The notes beneath the pieces were generated by a model. That model did no database searches. It was given only the letters and a program-made list of their open reading frames with translations, and was not told the origin of the DNA. A stretch of DNA of 64,000 bases, taken from assembly GCA_963695875.1 (NCBI GenBank), contig CAVOID010000003.1, forward strand, positions 192,001 through 256,000. The letters are read 5' to 3'. This DNA comes from an uncultured delta proteobacterium. Its GTDB lineage: Bacteria > Desulfobacterota > Syntrophia > Syntrophales > UBA2185. Position 1 is the first letter of the stretch. Each line of letters begins with the position of its first letter. Of this stretch, positions 55,779-64,000 are shown one piece after another. Made by a program: the position numbers and the translations under genes.

Positions 55779-57091
55779 TTACTGGTTGTCTGTTTGCGAT
55801 AACCGGCAGTCCGGATAACGATAGATATTCCCCTCATAGTTTCTCAGCATTAGATCGTTGCCATCCCGGCCGATAAGGTATTCGGGCAAGCAGAGGGATT
55901 TTACCGCCACCCCCCGGGGCATCTATGACATATGTCGGTACCGCATAACCGGTCGTATGGCCTCGCAGAGCCCTCAATAATATCGAGTCCCGTCTTTACA
56001 GGTGTGCGGAAATGAGATGATCCGGGAATCGGGTCACACTGATAAAGATAATAAGGCTTGACCCTTATTTTAAGCAAGCCTAGAACCAGTCGCTTCATGG
56101 TTTCCACATCGTCATTTATCTTGTGGAGCAGAACCGTCTGGCTGCCGAGAGGTATGCCTGCATTGGCAAGGCGAATACATGCCTGATTCATTTCAGGCGT
56201 TAATTCATCCGGATGATTTGCATGTATGCTCATCCAGAGTGGGTGAAAGCGCTTTAAGATTAATGTGAGTTTTGGTGTTATCCTCTGTGGCATCACAACG
56301 GGCACCTTGGTGCCGATGCGCAAAATTTCTATGTGTGGTATTTTTTTTAACCGGGCTAAAAGCCATTCCAGTCTTTCATCGGAAAGTGTCAGCGGATCCC
56401 CGCCGGATAACAGCACATCACGAATTTGAGGATTTGCCGCAATATAAGCAATCGCACCTTCCCAGGCATCAGTGTTTGACAGAGACTTTCTGTGACTGCC
56501 GACCATGCGTGACCGCGTGCAGTACCGGCAGTAGGTTGAACAGGTATCTGTCACGAGAAAAAGGACGCGATCCGGATAGCGATGTACAATTCCCGGGACA
56601 GGGCTGTCGTGCTCTTCTCCCAAAGGATCATCGGCTTCCCCCGCAGTGCGGCGGCATTCATCGGTCACGGGCACCACCATACGCCGCACCGGTTGATGCG
56701 GGTCAAATTCGTTAAGAAGGCTTGCGTAATAGGGCGTGATTGCAACCGGTAGTGAGCCTGCCTGATTGTCCATAGCATTGCGCTCGTCTTCTGAGAGCCA
56801 GATGAATTTCGACAGCGCATTGACGTCCCTTATACGGTTGCTGTATTGCCAGTGCCAGTTACTCCATTCAAGAGATGTTATTTCGGGATAGAAACGCTTC
56901 CGAAAAGTCCGGGATTGGGGACTTTCTTTAAAACGAAAAACATATGGGGCCCCTTTTGTCTGAGCGACAGAAGGGTTAAGAAGGGTGTTGTATGAAGTTA
57001 AGATGTCGTTTGTATAGTTCTCAATACCATCAAGACCTGCTAACTTACCTGGAGGTTCAGCCTCCTCGGTGAATAGCGTCTCGCTTTCCAT
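55779..57091 (-). CDS. KamA family (lysine 2,3-aminomutase-like) radical SAM enzyme (frameshift near 55960)
   Basis: [40 protein letters not shown]-terminal [10 protein letters not shown] in shifted frames. Confidence 0.9.
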
Positions 57092-57221
57092 ATTGTTATC
57101 CTCCTTTTCATGCAGGTATTGATATTAATTTTTTCCCTTTCTTTGTTCAGGTATTATATCGGTCTGTCTATTCCTTTTCTTTATGCTTGTCAATAATTTT
57201 TTAAAAAAAATTTTATTTTTC

Positions 57222-57249
57222 TTGACAAGAAAAACCAAGACATTAGAAT
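57222..57249 (+). promoter_or_regulatory. Sigma70-type promoter of mutM
   Basis: TTGACA-N16-TAGAAT. Confidence 0.55.
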
Positions 57250-57277
57250 GCAGCAAATTTTTTATCGGAGTTGATCT

Positions 57278-58057
57278 ATGCCCGAGCTTCCCGAAGTAGA
57301 AACTTTATGCCGTCAATTGAAGCCGGTAATTCTCAGTGAAGAAATCCTTGGCATGGAGATACTCGATTCCAGACTGGGTGCCATAGACGGGCTGGTGGGG
57401 AAGAGAATTACCTCCGTGGCTCGTTACGGCAAAGGGCTGGAGATAAGGCTTGATAGCGGTACCTCGCTTTTTCTTCATCTTCGCATGACGGGCAGACTTC
57501 AGTGGGAGAGCGATCAGCGGGACTTGCCTCCCCACACCCGTTTTGTTATGATCTTTTCCACCGGCAGGCTTCTTTGTATAGATCCACGGCGATTTGCCAC
57601 GCTAACTCTCCAGGATAGTAGAATCAGTAAAACTTCAGTCAACGATCCTTTGCGGGACCGTTCTTTCTTGCAACTCAGGGAAATCGCCAAGACTAAAAAA
57701 CTTCCGGTGAAATCATTCCTGATGGATCAACGAATAATCGCCGGTATAGGAAATATCTATGCTTGCGAGATTCTCCATGAAGCCTCCGTGAATCCCTGGC
57801 GGCAGACATGTAATGTGTCGCGTAGCGAATGGGAGAAGATAGGAACAGTCACAAAAGATATCCTTAACAGGGCTATAGCCTGCCGGGGTACAACGGTATC
57901 CGATTGGCGAGACCTGTTTGGCAAAAAAGGTGAGTATCAGCACGAATTGAAAGTCTATGACCGCGAAGGACTTCCATGCCTCCGCTGTCACTGCAGTATT
58001 CAGCGTTTGCGCCTGAGCGGCAGGGGCACCTATTTCTGTCCTACCTGCCAGACATAA
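57278..58057 (+). CDS. mutM: Formamidopyrimidine-DNA glycosylase
   Basis: MPELPEVE, HLRMTG, GIGNIYA, C-terminal zinc finger CxxC...CPTCQ. Confidence 0.96.
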   Translation: MPELPEVETLCRQLKPVILSEEILGMEILDSRLGAIDGLVGKRITSVARYGKGLEIRLDSGTSLFLHLRMTGRLQWESDQRDLPPHTRFVMIFSTGRLLCIDPRRFATLTLQDSRISKTSVNDPLRDRSFLQLREIAKTKKLPVKSFLMDQRIIAGIGNIYACEILHEASVNPWRQTCNVSRSEWEKIGTVTKDILNRAIACRGTTVSDWRDLFGKKGEYQHELKVYDREGLPCLRCHCSIQRLRLSGRGTYFCPTCQT

Positions 58058-58095
58058 TTTGATGTCTTTGGAATATCAATCTGTACTTTCCCGCA

Positions 58096-59220
58096 TTAAG
58101 GGTGAATGAGAAACCCAAGCCTTTTGTATAACCTTGGAATGAAATCACGATACCGTGCCTCTCCGTTTATAAATTGTATAATCTCACGTTCGTATTTTTT
58201 GCTCATATATAAAAGAGAAGGAAAGCTATAAAACAGCAGGGCAAGCCACATCGCTGGGATGAAATCCTTAACAATCTGTTCGTTGACATCCCGCGTATAC
58301 TGTTCCGTTAAAGCCCCCGACCTATTAAACGATGAATGTATTGCATCTGCCGCGAGCACACCGCTGTGTATTGCATGGCGGATTCCTTCGCCGGTCAAGG
58401 GATCTATGAGAGAGGCAGCATCTCCCACCAGGCAGATCCGTTTAGTATTAAGGGTGCGATATCCCCTGTTTAAAGGCAGCAGGCGTCCGCACTTGATTCT
58501 TTCCTCAGCGTTTTTTAAAAAGGAGAAATGTTCTTTAAAATGTTCGTATATGGAGGAAAATGCGGAGCAGCGGGAATTGCGCGTGAGAACGCCTATGGAG
58601 TAATGATCACCTTTCGGGAATATCCATCCATAGCCGTTTTGTATGTCACCGAACCTAAAAAAGATGCGATTACTGAAGGAGTCCGGTATTGTCCCATCGA
58701 CCGGATACATTTCTCCTGCCAGGGCAATGCCAAATTGATCGCCCTGTAATCCTGCAGCGTGCGCGGAGACACTGTTTGATCCGTCGGCTCCCACAACAAT
58801 ACGGCCTTGAAATGTTTCACCTCCTTCAGTGCGGATAGCGGCCTCCCTTCTTCCTTCTTCCACAGCGACAACCTTGACTCCTTCCATGAGTTTTGCGCCG
58901 GAGCGGACTGCCTCTTCTACCAGCCGGTGGTCAAAGCGATTACGCGAAACCATTTCAATCCTCAGACCAGGTGGGCATAATGTGCACTCCGGTCCTTGTT
59001 TGTAGGACAGTGTGAGACCTGTTACGACGCTTTCAACTGTGGCAGAATAGTCAAAATCGATGTGTTTTGTGATAGCCTGTGTCAGAGCTCCACCGCAGGC
59101 CATGTATCGTGGAAGGCGTTCCTTTTCTATCAGAAGGGTGAGAAGACCCTTGCGGGCCGTCCGGGAAGCGGCGACGGCTCCTGCAGGTCCCGCACCGATA
59201 ACAATAACGTCATATGCCAT
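58096..59220 (-). CDS. Geranylgeranyl reductase family flavoprotein
   Basis: GAGPAG, CGG, GADG, GYGWIFP, GDAA-DPLTGEGI. Confidence 0.9.
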   Translation of the reverse strand: MAYDVIVIGAGPAGAVAASRTARKGLLTLLIEKERLPRYMACGGALTQAITKHIDFDYSATVESVVTGLTLSYKQGPECTLCPPGLRIEMVSRNRFDHRLVEEAVRSGAKLMEGVKVVAVEEGRREAAIRTEGGETFQGRIVVGADGSNSVSAHAAGLQGDQFGIALAGEMYPVDGTIPDSFSNRIFFRFGDIQNGYGWIFPKGDHYSIGVLTRNSRCSAFSSIYEHFKEHFSFLKNAEERIKCGRLLPLNRGYRTLNTKRICLVGDAASLIDPLTGEGIRHAIHSGVLAADAIHSSFNRSGALTEQYTRDVNEQIVKDFIPAMWLALLFYSFPSLLYMSKKYEREIIQFINGEARYRDFIPRLYKRLGFLIHP

Positions 59221-59243
59221 TTTTCATATTGTTCCTCGGGCAT

Positions 59244-59426
59244 GACTGGCCATTGAAAAACGCCTCCCCCCCTTCGCGGGGACAGGCTTTGCAGCGTTGC
59301 GCTGCGTCCTTTCCTTCGACAAGCTCAGGACAGGCTTTCTGGGCCTGCATGGTGAGCTTGTCGAACCATGCGCGCCTTGCTGCTGAGCATCCCGTATAAG
59401 GTACGGGACAAGCTTTTTAACAGCCT
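59244..59426. mobile_element. Composite/nested MITE-REP element
   Basis: Ends GGCCATTGAAAAAC / GCTTTTTAACAGCC; inner CTTCGACAAGCTCAG, CATGGTGAGCTTGTCGAACCATG, and paired CCC..GGGACA hairpins. Confidence 0.55.
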
Positions 59427-59453
59427 GGTGAAAAGTGTGTTTTTCAACACTCT
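59421..59453. repeat. 33-bp IS-end-like repeat, copy 1
   Basis: 27/33 match to the reverse complement of 60551-60583. Confidence 0.6.
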
Positions 59454-59454
59454 C

Positions 59455-60492
59455 TTAACGCTTGGTGGTTTCCAGAGTTGCCCGCAGCATCCCCAGACCG
59501 TTCCGAATTTCAAACGTGCCTGTGTATTTACGGATGTCATCGTCCGAGTACTTGATGACACAGCTCGGGGTTGATTTGACTTTGTATGTACTTATGATCT
59601 TGTTAAGTGCCGGATACACCGGTTTAAGGTCATATGGCGTAAAAGAAACACCCTGTGAGCTCAGTGCCATTTTGAGCTCTTCTTCACTCAAAGCAGCATG
59701 CTTTTTCGCGAGGGAAAACAGGACTCTCCTTGCATAGAGGATACTTTCGTAACTTGTTCCTGCCCTGGCTGCATATAGGAAGTACCGGGCATACAGAGGA
59801 GTTTCCTTATGGATAGGAAGATCGACGAAGATCACTCGCACCCCACCCATGGAAAGGAATTCAGTTAGAGCAGGATCAATCTCGGACTCAAGAAGCTGGC
59901 ATGGCGGGCAGAAATAATCTGTAAAGACGATCAATTCATATTTCCCGTGACCGTAGGAAGGCACCAATGATCTTTCTGCCCCATACGCGGGTGTTGCAGA
60001 ACCGGAAAATGTCAGGACGATAAAAATATATCCCAGGAGGATGAAAAACAGAAGTGGTACCCTCAGATTGTTAGCCGGGATAAATTCCGCTTCTCCAAGT
60101 CCGTAGATCAACTTTTTCAACATACCATACTCCCCAATAAGTGGCCGTTCGTAGTTAAGAATAAATGCCATGATGATTATGGATGCAAACGTCAGGCAAT
60201 AGGGACAAAACACATCTTCTTTGAACTGAAATGCGATGAGGTAAGCCTCAACACCAATCCCTGCTGCTAACAATGTGCGGACATAAGCCATTTGCTTGAA
60301 GGCGGCAAGGATGATGATCACGAGCATATACCCGATACCGATGTACATCAGGTCAATCCCGAGGATATCTCCCTGAAGGTAAGAACAGGTAGTTTCGCAC
60401 GTCGCGTAAAGCAGCATAATCCCAATACCTGCAGTCGCAAGGATTATTGTAATGACATTTCTGCGTGCTTTTATTTTTCCAGCTATATTCAT
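59455..60492 (-). CDS. VKOR-like membrane domain fused to DsbA/thioredoxin-fold domain
   Basis: TM segments with CETTC and CPYC; C-terminal FTDYFCPPC and V-STP. Confidence 0.75.
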   Translation of the reverse strand: MNIAGKIKARRNVITIILATAGIGIMLLYATCETTCSYLQGDILGIDLMYIGIGYMLVIIILAAFKQMAYVRTLLAAGIGVEAYLIAFQFKEDVFCPYCLTFASIIIMAFILNYERPLIGEYGMLKKLIYGLGEAEFIPANNLRVPLLFFILLGYIFIVLTFSGSATPAYGAERSLVPSYGHGKYELIVFTDYFCPPCQLLESEIDPALTEFLSMGGVRVIFVDLPIHKETPLYARYFLYAARAGTSYESILYARRVLFSLAKKHAALSEEELKMALSSQGVSFTPYDLKPVYPALNKIISTYKVKSTPSCVIKYSDDDIRKYTGTFEIRNGLGMLRATLETTKR

Positions 60493-60550
60493 TTGCAGAC
60501 CTCAAGTTACATTTTATAGCACGTTAACGTTATTTACATCAAGTCTGTCG

Positions 60551-60583
60551 AGGTTGTTGAAGAACACACTTTTTAATAGGCTG
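60551..60583. repeat. 33-bp IS-end-like repeat, copy 2 (inverted)
   Basis: AGGTTGTTGAAGAACACACTTTTTAATAGGCTG. Confidence 0.6.
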
Positions 60584-60643
60584 TATCGATGTCACCTTAT
60601 GTTATCAGCATATGGAGCTTGATGATTTTGTAAAGATGCACTT

Positions 60644-61813
60644 TTAATCCCTCTCCAGTCCTGCCTTTCTTATCCATTCTGATACCAGTTTGTCCTCCGA
60701 AAGAGAGCTGTCCAGAGGAACCAATGTCCAGACAAAACGGTTGTCGCTGGCGAGAAGTGTCCTGGAACTCTTCAGCTCATTCTGGAGGGCGGTCTTCTGT
60801 TTATTGATATTTTCAATGGCATTTTCCATGGACCGTCTATGATAGTTTCCGCGGGTCTCTTTGATAAAGCTGAGACGGAGGTCCAGTTCTTGAACCTGTC
60901 TCTTTATCTGGTCCTCACGTCCCTCGTCCCGGAAAGGCGAGGCGGCATTTACAAAACTAAGTTGCAGCTTCCCCGCATACATACCGTTTCTGTAGGATTC
61001 AAAGATGGCTGTTTGTTTTTCCCAAACTGGCGTCTGGATATACCTGCCTTCGTGTCCTCCCAAGACGAAGTTAATCCCTGAGACTGCCTTGACGACCTCC
61101 CGTTCTCTATATGAATCGAGTGCTGAAAGAAGGATAATGACATCCGCCCTGCCGCGGAGCTTGTCGAGCACTGCCCGTGCCGTTTCGATTGGGTCGTTTA
61201 CCAGGAATTTCTCCATCTCTGACTTCTGGATAGCTGGATTAATGTCTGGTGAAAGAAGGCCAAAGAAGGCAAATCTGGTTTTGCCGAATTTTTTGATGAT
61301 GTAAGGCTGAAAAATCGGCTTTCTGTCCGTAGGTTCTACCAGATTGGAAGAAATAAGAGGAAGGCCCCGGGACGCCTCGATACGTAAGAATGTCAAGCCC
61401 TGTACTAGATCAAAGGCACCTACATTGATGACCGCGACTCCCATGCGCTTGCATGCGCGACTGATCAACTGGGCCTTGGTGAGGGATAGTTGATGATCGA
61501 CACCTGCCCTCATATCTGTAAATAGATTTCCGGAATCGACGACCAGAACCGGCTTTCCTTCATCTTTCAACTTTTCCACAAGAGATACTCGCCTGGCCAG
61601 ACCGCCCAGCACCTTGTTCCCTCAGGTAGGGCAGGGAAATATGTGTCCGTTGATATTATTGCTGTGAATAATCGTCAGTTGGGCAGTCTCTGCATAAATA
61701 TCTGTAAGCAGGCATGTGTGGAGGGAGAAAAGGAATACGCCGAACACGACGATAAAAGGTTTTATGCGCCGTGATACTTTAAGGACATTTGCCTGTCTAT
61801 TTGTTGATTCCAT
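60644..61813 (-). CDS. Exported UshA/5'-nucleotidase-fold selenoprotein (389 aa, Sec at UGA 61622-61624)
   Basis: ORFs 61622-61813 and 60644-61612 are in one frame separated only by TGA, giving IFPCPT-U-GNKVLGGLARR. Confidence 0.85.
61593..61609 (-). promoter_or_regulatory. Bacterial SECIS-like hairpin
   Basis: CUGGGC-GGUCUG-GCCAG; G-starting loop begins 18 nt after the UGA. Confidence 0.6.
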
Positions 61814-61818
61814 ATTTA

Positions 61819-62778
61819 CTATTTTTTATTGGCATCTTCCAGGGCACTTTCCGAGGCATCTTCCGGTGCTGCGTAATGATTGTTTACAGGGCAAGATAGA
61901 ATTCCTGTTGCTTCGCATGCCTTTGCCTCGAACTGCAGGACGGGGTGATCGATAGAAAAGCGACATAAGAGCAGTTCCCGGATCTGGGCGGCAATCTCAT
62001 CAACCCTGCTTAGCATCTGGTCCGGCACAACGACGTGAACGATGAGTGCGACACCTTCGGATGAAATGTTCCAGGCATGGAGATGATGGATTCGCTCCAC
62101 ACCTTTTATGGCTTCTATTTCCCGTTGTATGACTTCAAGGTCGAGTCCCGGGGGTGTGGCATTCATGAAGATTCCGAAGGCGTCTTTAAGAATACCCCAC
62201 CCGCTATACAGGATCAAAGCCACGATGAACCATGATACTATGGGGTCAAGCCAGTACCACGGTTTGAATATCCATATGGCGCCTAAAATAGCCACTCCGA
62301 GAGAGCTTAAGGTATCGGTTAACATATGCAAAAAGGCGCTCCGAATGTTGAGATTTCCCTTGGCCCCTGGTCGGAGCATAAGCGTAGATATCATGTTTGC
62401 CAGAAAAGCTATGGAGGCAATCAAAACAACATAGCTGCCGTGAATTGGCTGGGGGTTCCGGAGGCGATTCCATCCTTCAACGGTAATATAGATGCCTGCT
62501 CCGAAAAGCAAGGCAACATTAAATACAGCCGCAAAGACTTCCAGGCGCTTATATCCAAAGGTATGCCTCAGCGTGGGTCCACGTCTTCCGATGCGCAGGG
62601 CCGAATAGGTGATCAAGACGGAAGTGAAATCACTCAGATTATGGAGGGCATCGCTGATCAGGGCCATACTACCCGATACGATTCCTCCGTAGATCTGGAC
62701 GACAGGTATGATCAGGTTCATGACCATGGTGGCAATCAGTCGCCTGCCCCATGATATTTCATGATTATGTGCCATCAT
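61819..62778 (-). CDS. Cation diffusion facilitator (CzcD-like) transporter
   Basis: SDALHNLSD, TFGYKRLE, NIRSAFLHMLTD, HHLHAW. Confidence 0.93.
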   Translation of the reverse strand: MMAHNHEISWGRRLIATMVMNLIIPVVQIYGGIVSGSMALISDALHNLSDFTSVLITYSALRIGRRGPTLRHTFGYKRLEVFAAVFNVALLFGAGIYITVEGWNRLRNPQPIHGSYVVLIASIAFLANMISTLMLRPGAKGNLNIRSAFLHMLTDTLSSLGVAILGAIWIFKPWYWLDPIVSWFIVALILYSGWGILKDAFGIFMNATPPGLDLEVIQREIEAIKGVERIHHLHAWNISSEGVALIVHVVVPDQMLSRVDEIAAQIRELLLCRFSIDHPVLQFEAKACEATGILSCPVNNHYAAPEDASESALEDANKK

Positions 62779-62796
62779 TTTTTCAATTTAAATGTT

Positions 62797-63687
62797 TTAC
62801 CCTTTTACGAGCAAGACGGGCCTATCGCTATATTCCGCCACATTCCGGGAAACGGATCCCCAGAGGATCCCTTCCACATGAGCTTTCCCGTGGGTGCATA
62901 AAACAATAAGAGAAACATCTTCTTCTTTCGCAACCTTGATTAAATCTGCCCGTGGATTGCCGAGGGAGAGGTGTATTTTGGCACTGAATCCCTCACTATC
63001 AAGCTCGTCTTTGAGCTGTGCCAGTTTCTCAAAGTCAATCCTCTGAAACTCCCTGAATTGCTCCGGCGATTGAAGCTTCATAGCCTTCTCATCCATAATA
63101 TGGGCGATAACGACCTCTTCAACCCCTGCTTCCTTCAGGCCTTTCAGATATCTCAGTGCCGCTTTTGCACACTCGGACCAGTCAGTCGGGTAAAGGATCT
63201 TTGTAAACAACCTCTGTGAAAATCGCTCACATGTCTTCCTATCCGCTCCCATTACCCCAGGGTACTTCGGAATATATACCGGAATGGCACCATAACGGAT
63301 GACTTTGTCTGTTATTGAACCCACGAAAATTTCGCCGAGATATCCTTTTCTTTCCCTGCCGGATACAATCAGTGAGACATTTTCTTCCTTGGCAACCCTC
63401 AGTATCTCCAGATGTGGTTCCCCGGTCTCTATCCGCTTTGTTGCCTTCATTCCCGCATCTTCAATGATACTGACGGCATCTTCCATTTTAGCGTCCAAAA
63501 AGGCTCTCAGATCATCTTCAAGTTTGAAGGTGTATCTTTCTTGCAACGCCGGCAATTTTGCAGAATGAATGACATGTATGAGCACAATCTCCTCAGTCCC
63601 GACTTTTTTAAAGTTCAGAATGCATGCCAGTATATCGAGGTAGAACTCTTCAAATGCCGTAAGATAGAGTATTTTTTTATACATCAT
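62797..63687 (-). CDS. Tandem universal stress protein
   Basis: Two USP domains: GSITDKV and YPTDWS...GSVSRNV. Confidence 0.9.
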   Translation of the reverse strand: MMYKKILYLTAFEEFYLDILACILNFKKVGTEEIVLIHVIHSAKLPALQERYTFKLEDDLRAFLDAKMEDAVSIIEDAGMKATKRIETGEPHLEILRVAKEENVSLIVSGRERKGYLGEIFVGSITDKVIRYGAIPVYIPKYPGVMGADRKTCERFSQRLFTKILYPTDWSECAKAALRYLKGLKEAGVEEVVIAHIMDEKAMKLQSPEQFREFQRIDFEKLAQLKDELDSEGFSAKIHLSLGNPRADLIKVAKEEDVSLIVLCTHGKAHVEGILWGSVSRNVAEYSDRPVLLVKG

Positions 63688-63935
63688 TTCCCCTTTCCCC
63701 TGTCGACTGAACCATAATAACCGATATTGCGGGACCTGCACAAGGAATTTATAGCTGATATCGTCATTGTCAAGGGAAATGATGCGTCTTTATATATGCC
63801 TGTTAGTACAGGTGGTCATCAGGTAAATTGTTTACTCATTGACGTATCTGAAATTGGACTTTATAATTATTCAATAGTGGAAAACAGAATTATGGAAGAA
63901 TTAATATTGGGGATATTATAAGGAGGGGCATAATA

Positions 63936-64000
63936 ATGAAGAAGACACCATATCTTCTACTTTTATTAACTCTTCTTTTTGTCTATCCCAGTTTGGATGA
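63936..64000 (+). CDS. Start of a probable exported protein (runs off window)
   Basis: AAGGAGG RBS, MKKTPYLLLLLTLLFVYP. Confidence 0.5.
   Translation, partial: MKKTPYLLLLLTLLFVYPSLD

Overview
Bacterial chromosomal window with no rRNA, tRNA, CRISPR array or intact transposase seen. The gene content (beta-oxidation enzymes, sigma54 two-component systems, DUF362, MobB, RRM protein, a selenoprotein) fits an anaerobic deltaproteobacterial (Desulfobacterota/Syntrophales-like) genome; that assignment is an inference. Many genes are split by single-base frameshifts that look like long-read homopolymer errors, so split ORFs are joined below. Content in order: hydroxyacyl-CoA dehydrogenase/thiolase/DUF362; a glycogen-debranching-like GH13; a GlrK/QseG/GlrR-like system with an adjacent sigma54 promoter; a 1802-aa HExxH-VWA-HEAT-AAA-AAA protein; an RND efflux pump; a sigma54-driven 9-gene type II fatty acid/lipid cluster beside a Gly-Ala-Pro lipoprotein and a membrane kinase/NtrC pair; an archaeal-type alanine dehydrogenase; a GntP-dehydrogenase-BKACE operon; murI-thyX-dinB; pit/DUF47; KamA plus two ATP-grasp ligases; mutM; and a USP-CDF-selenoprotein-VKOR/DsbA block. 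Best leads: (1) a hidden exported CxxU selenoprotein, read through an in-frame UGA with a SECIS-like hairpin, next to a VKOR-DsbA fusion; (2) the single-chain, permuted midasin-like AAA/VWA machine; (3) the sigma54 lipid-synthesis cluster; (4) the KamA/ATP-grasp cluster. Several MITE/REP-like repeats are also present.
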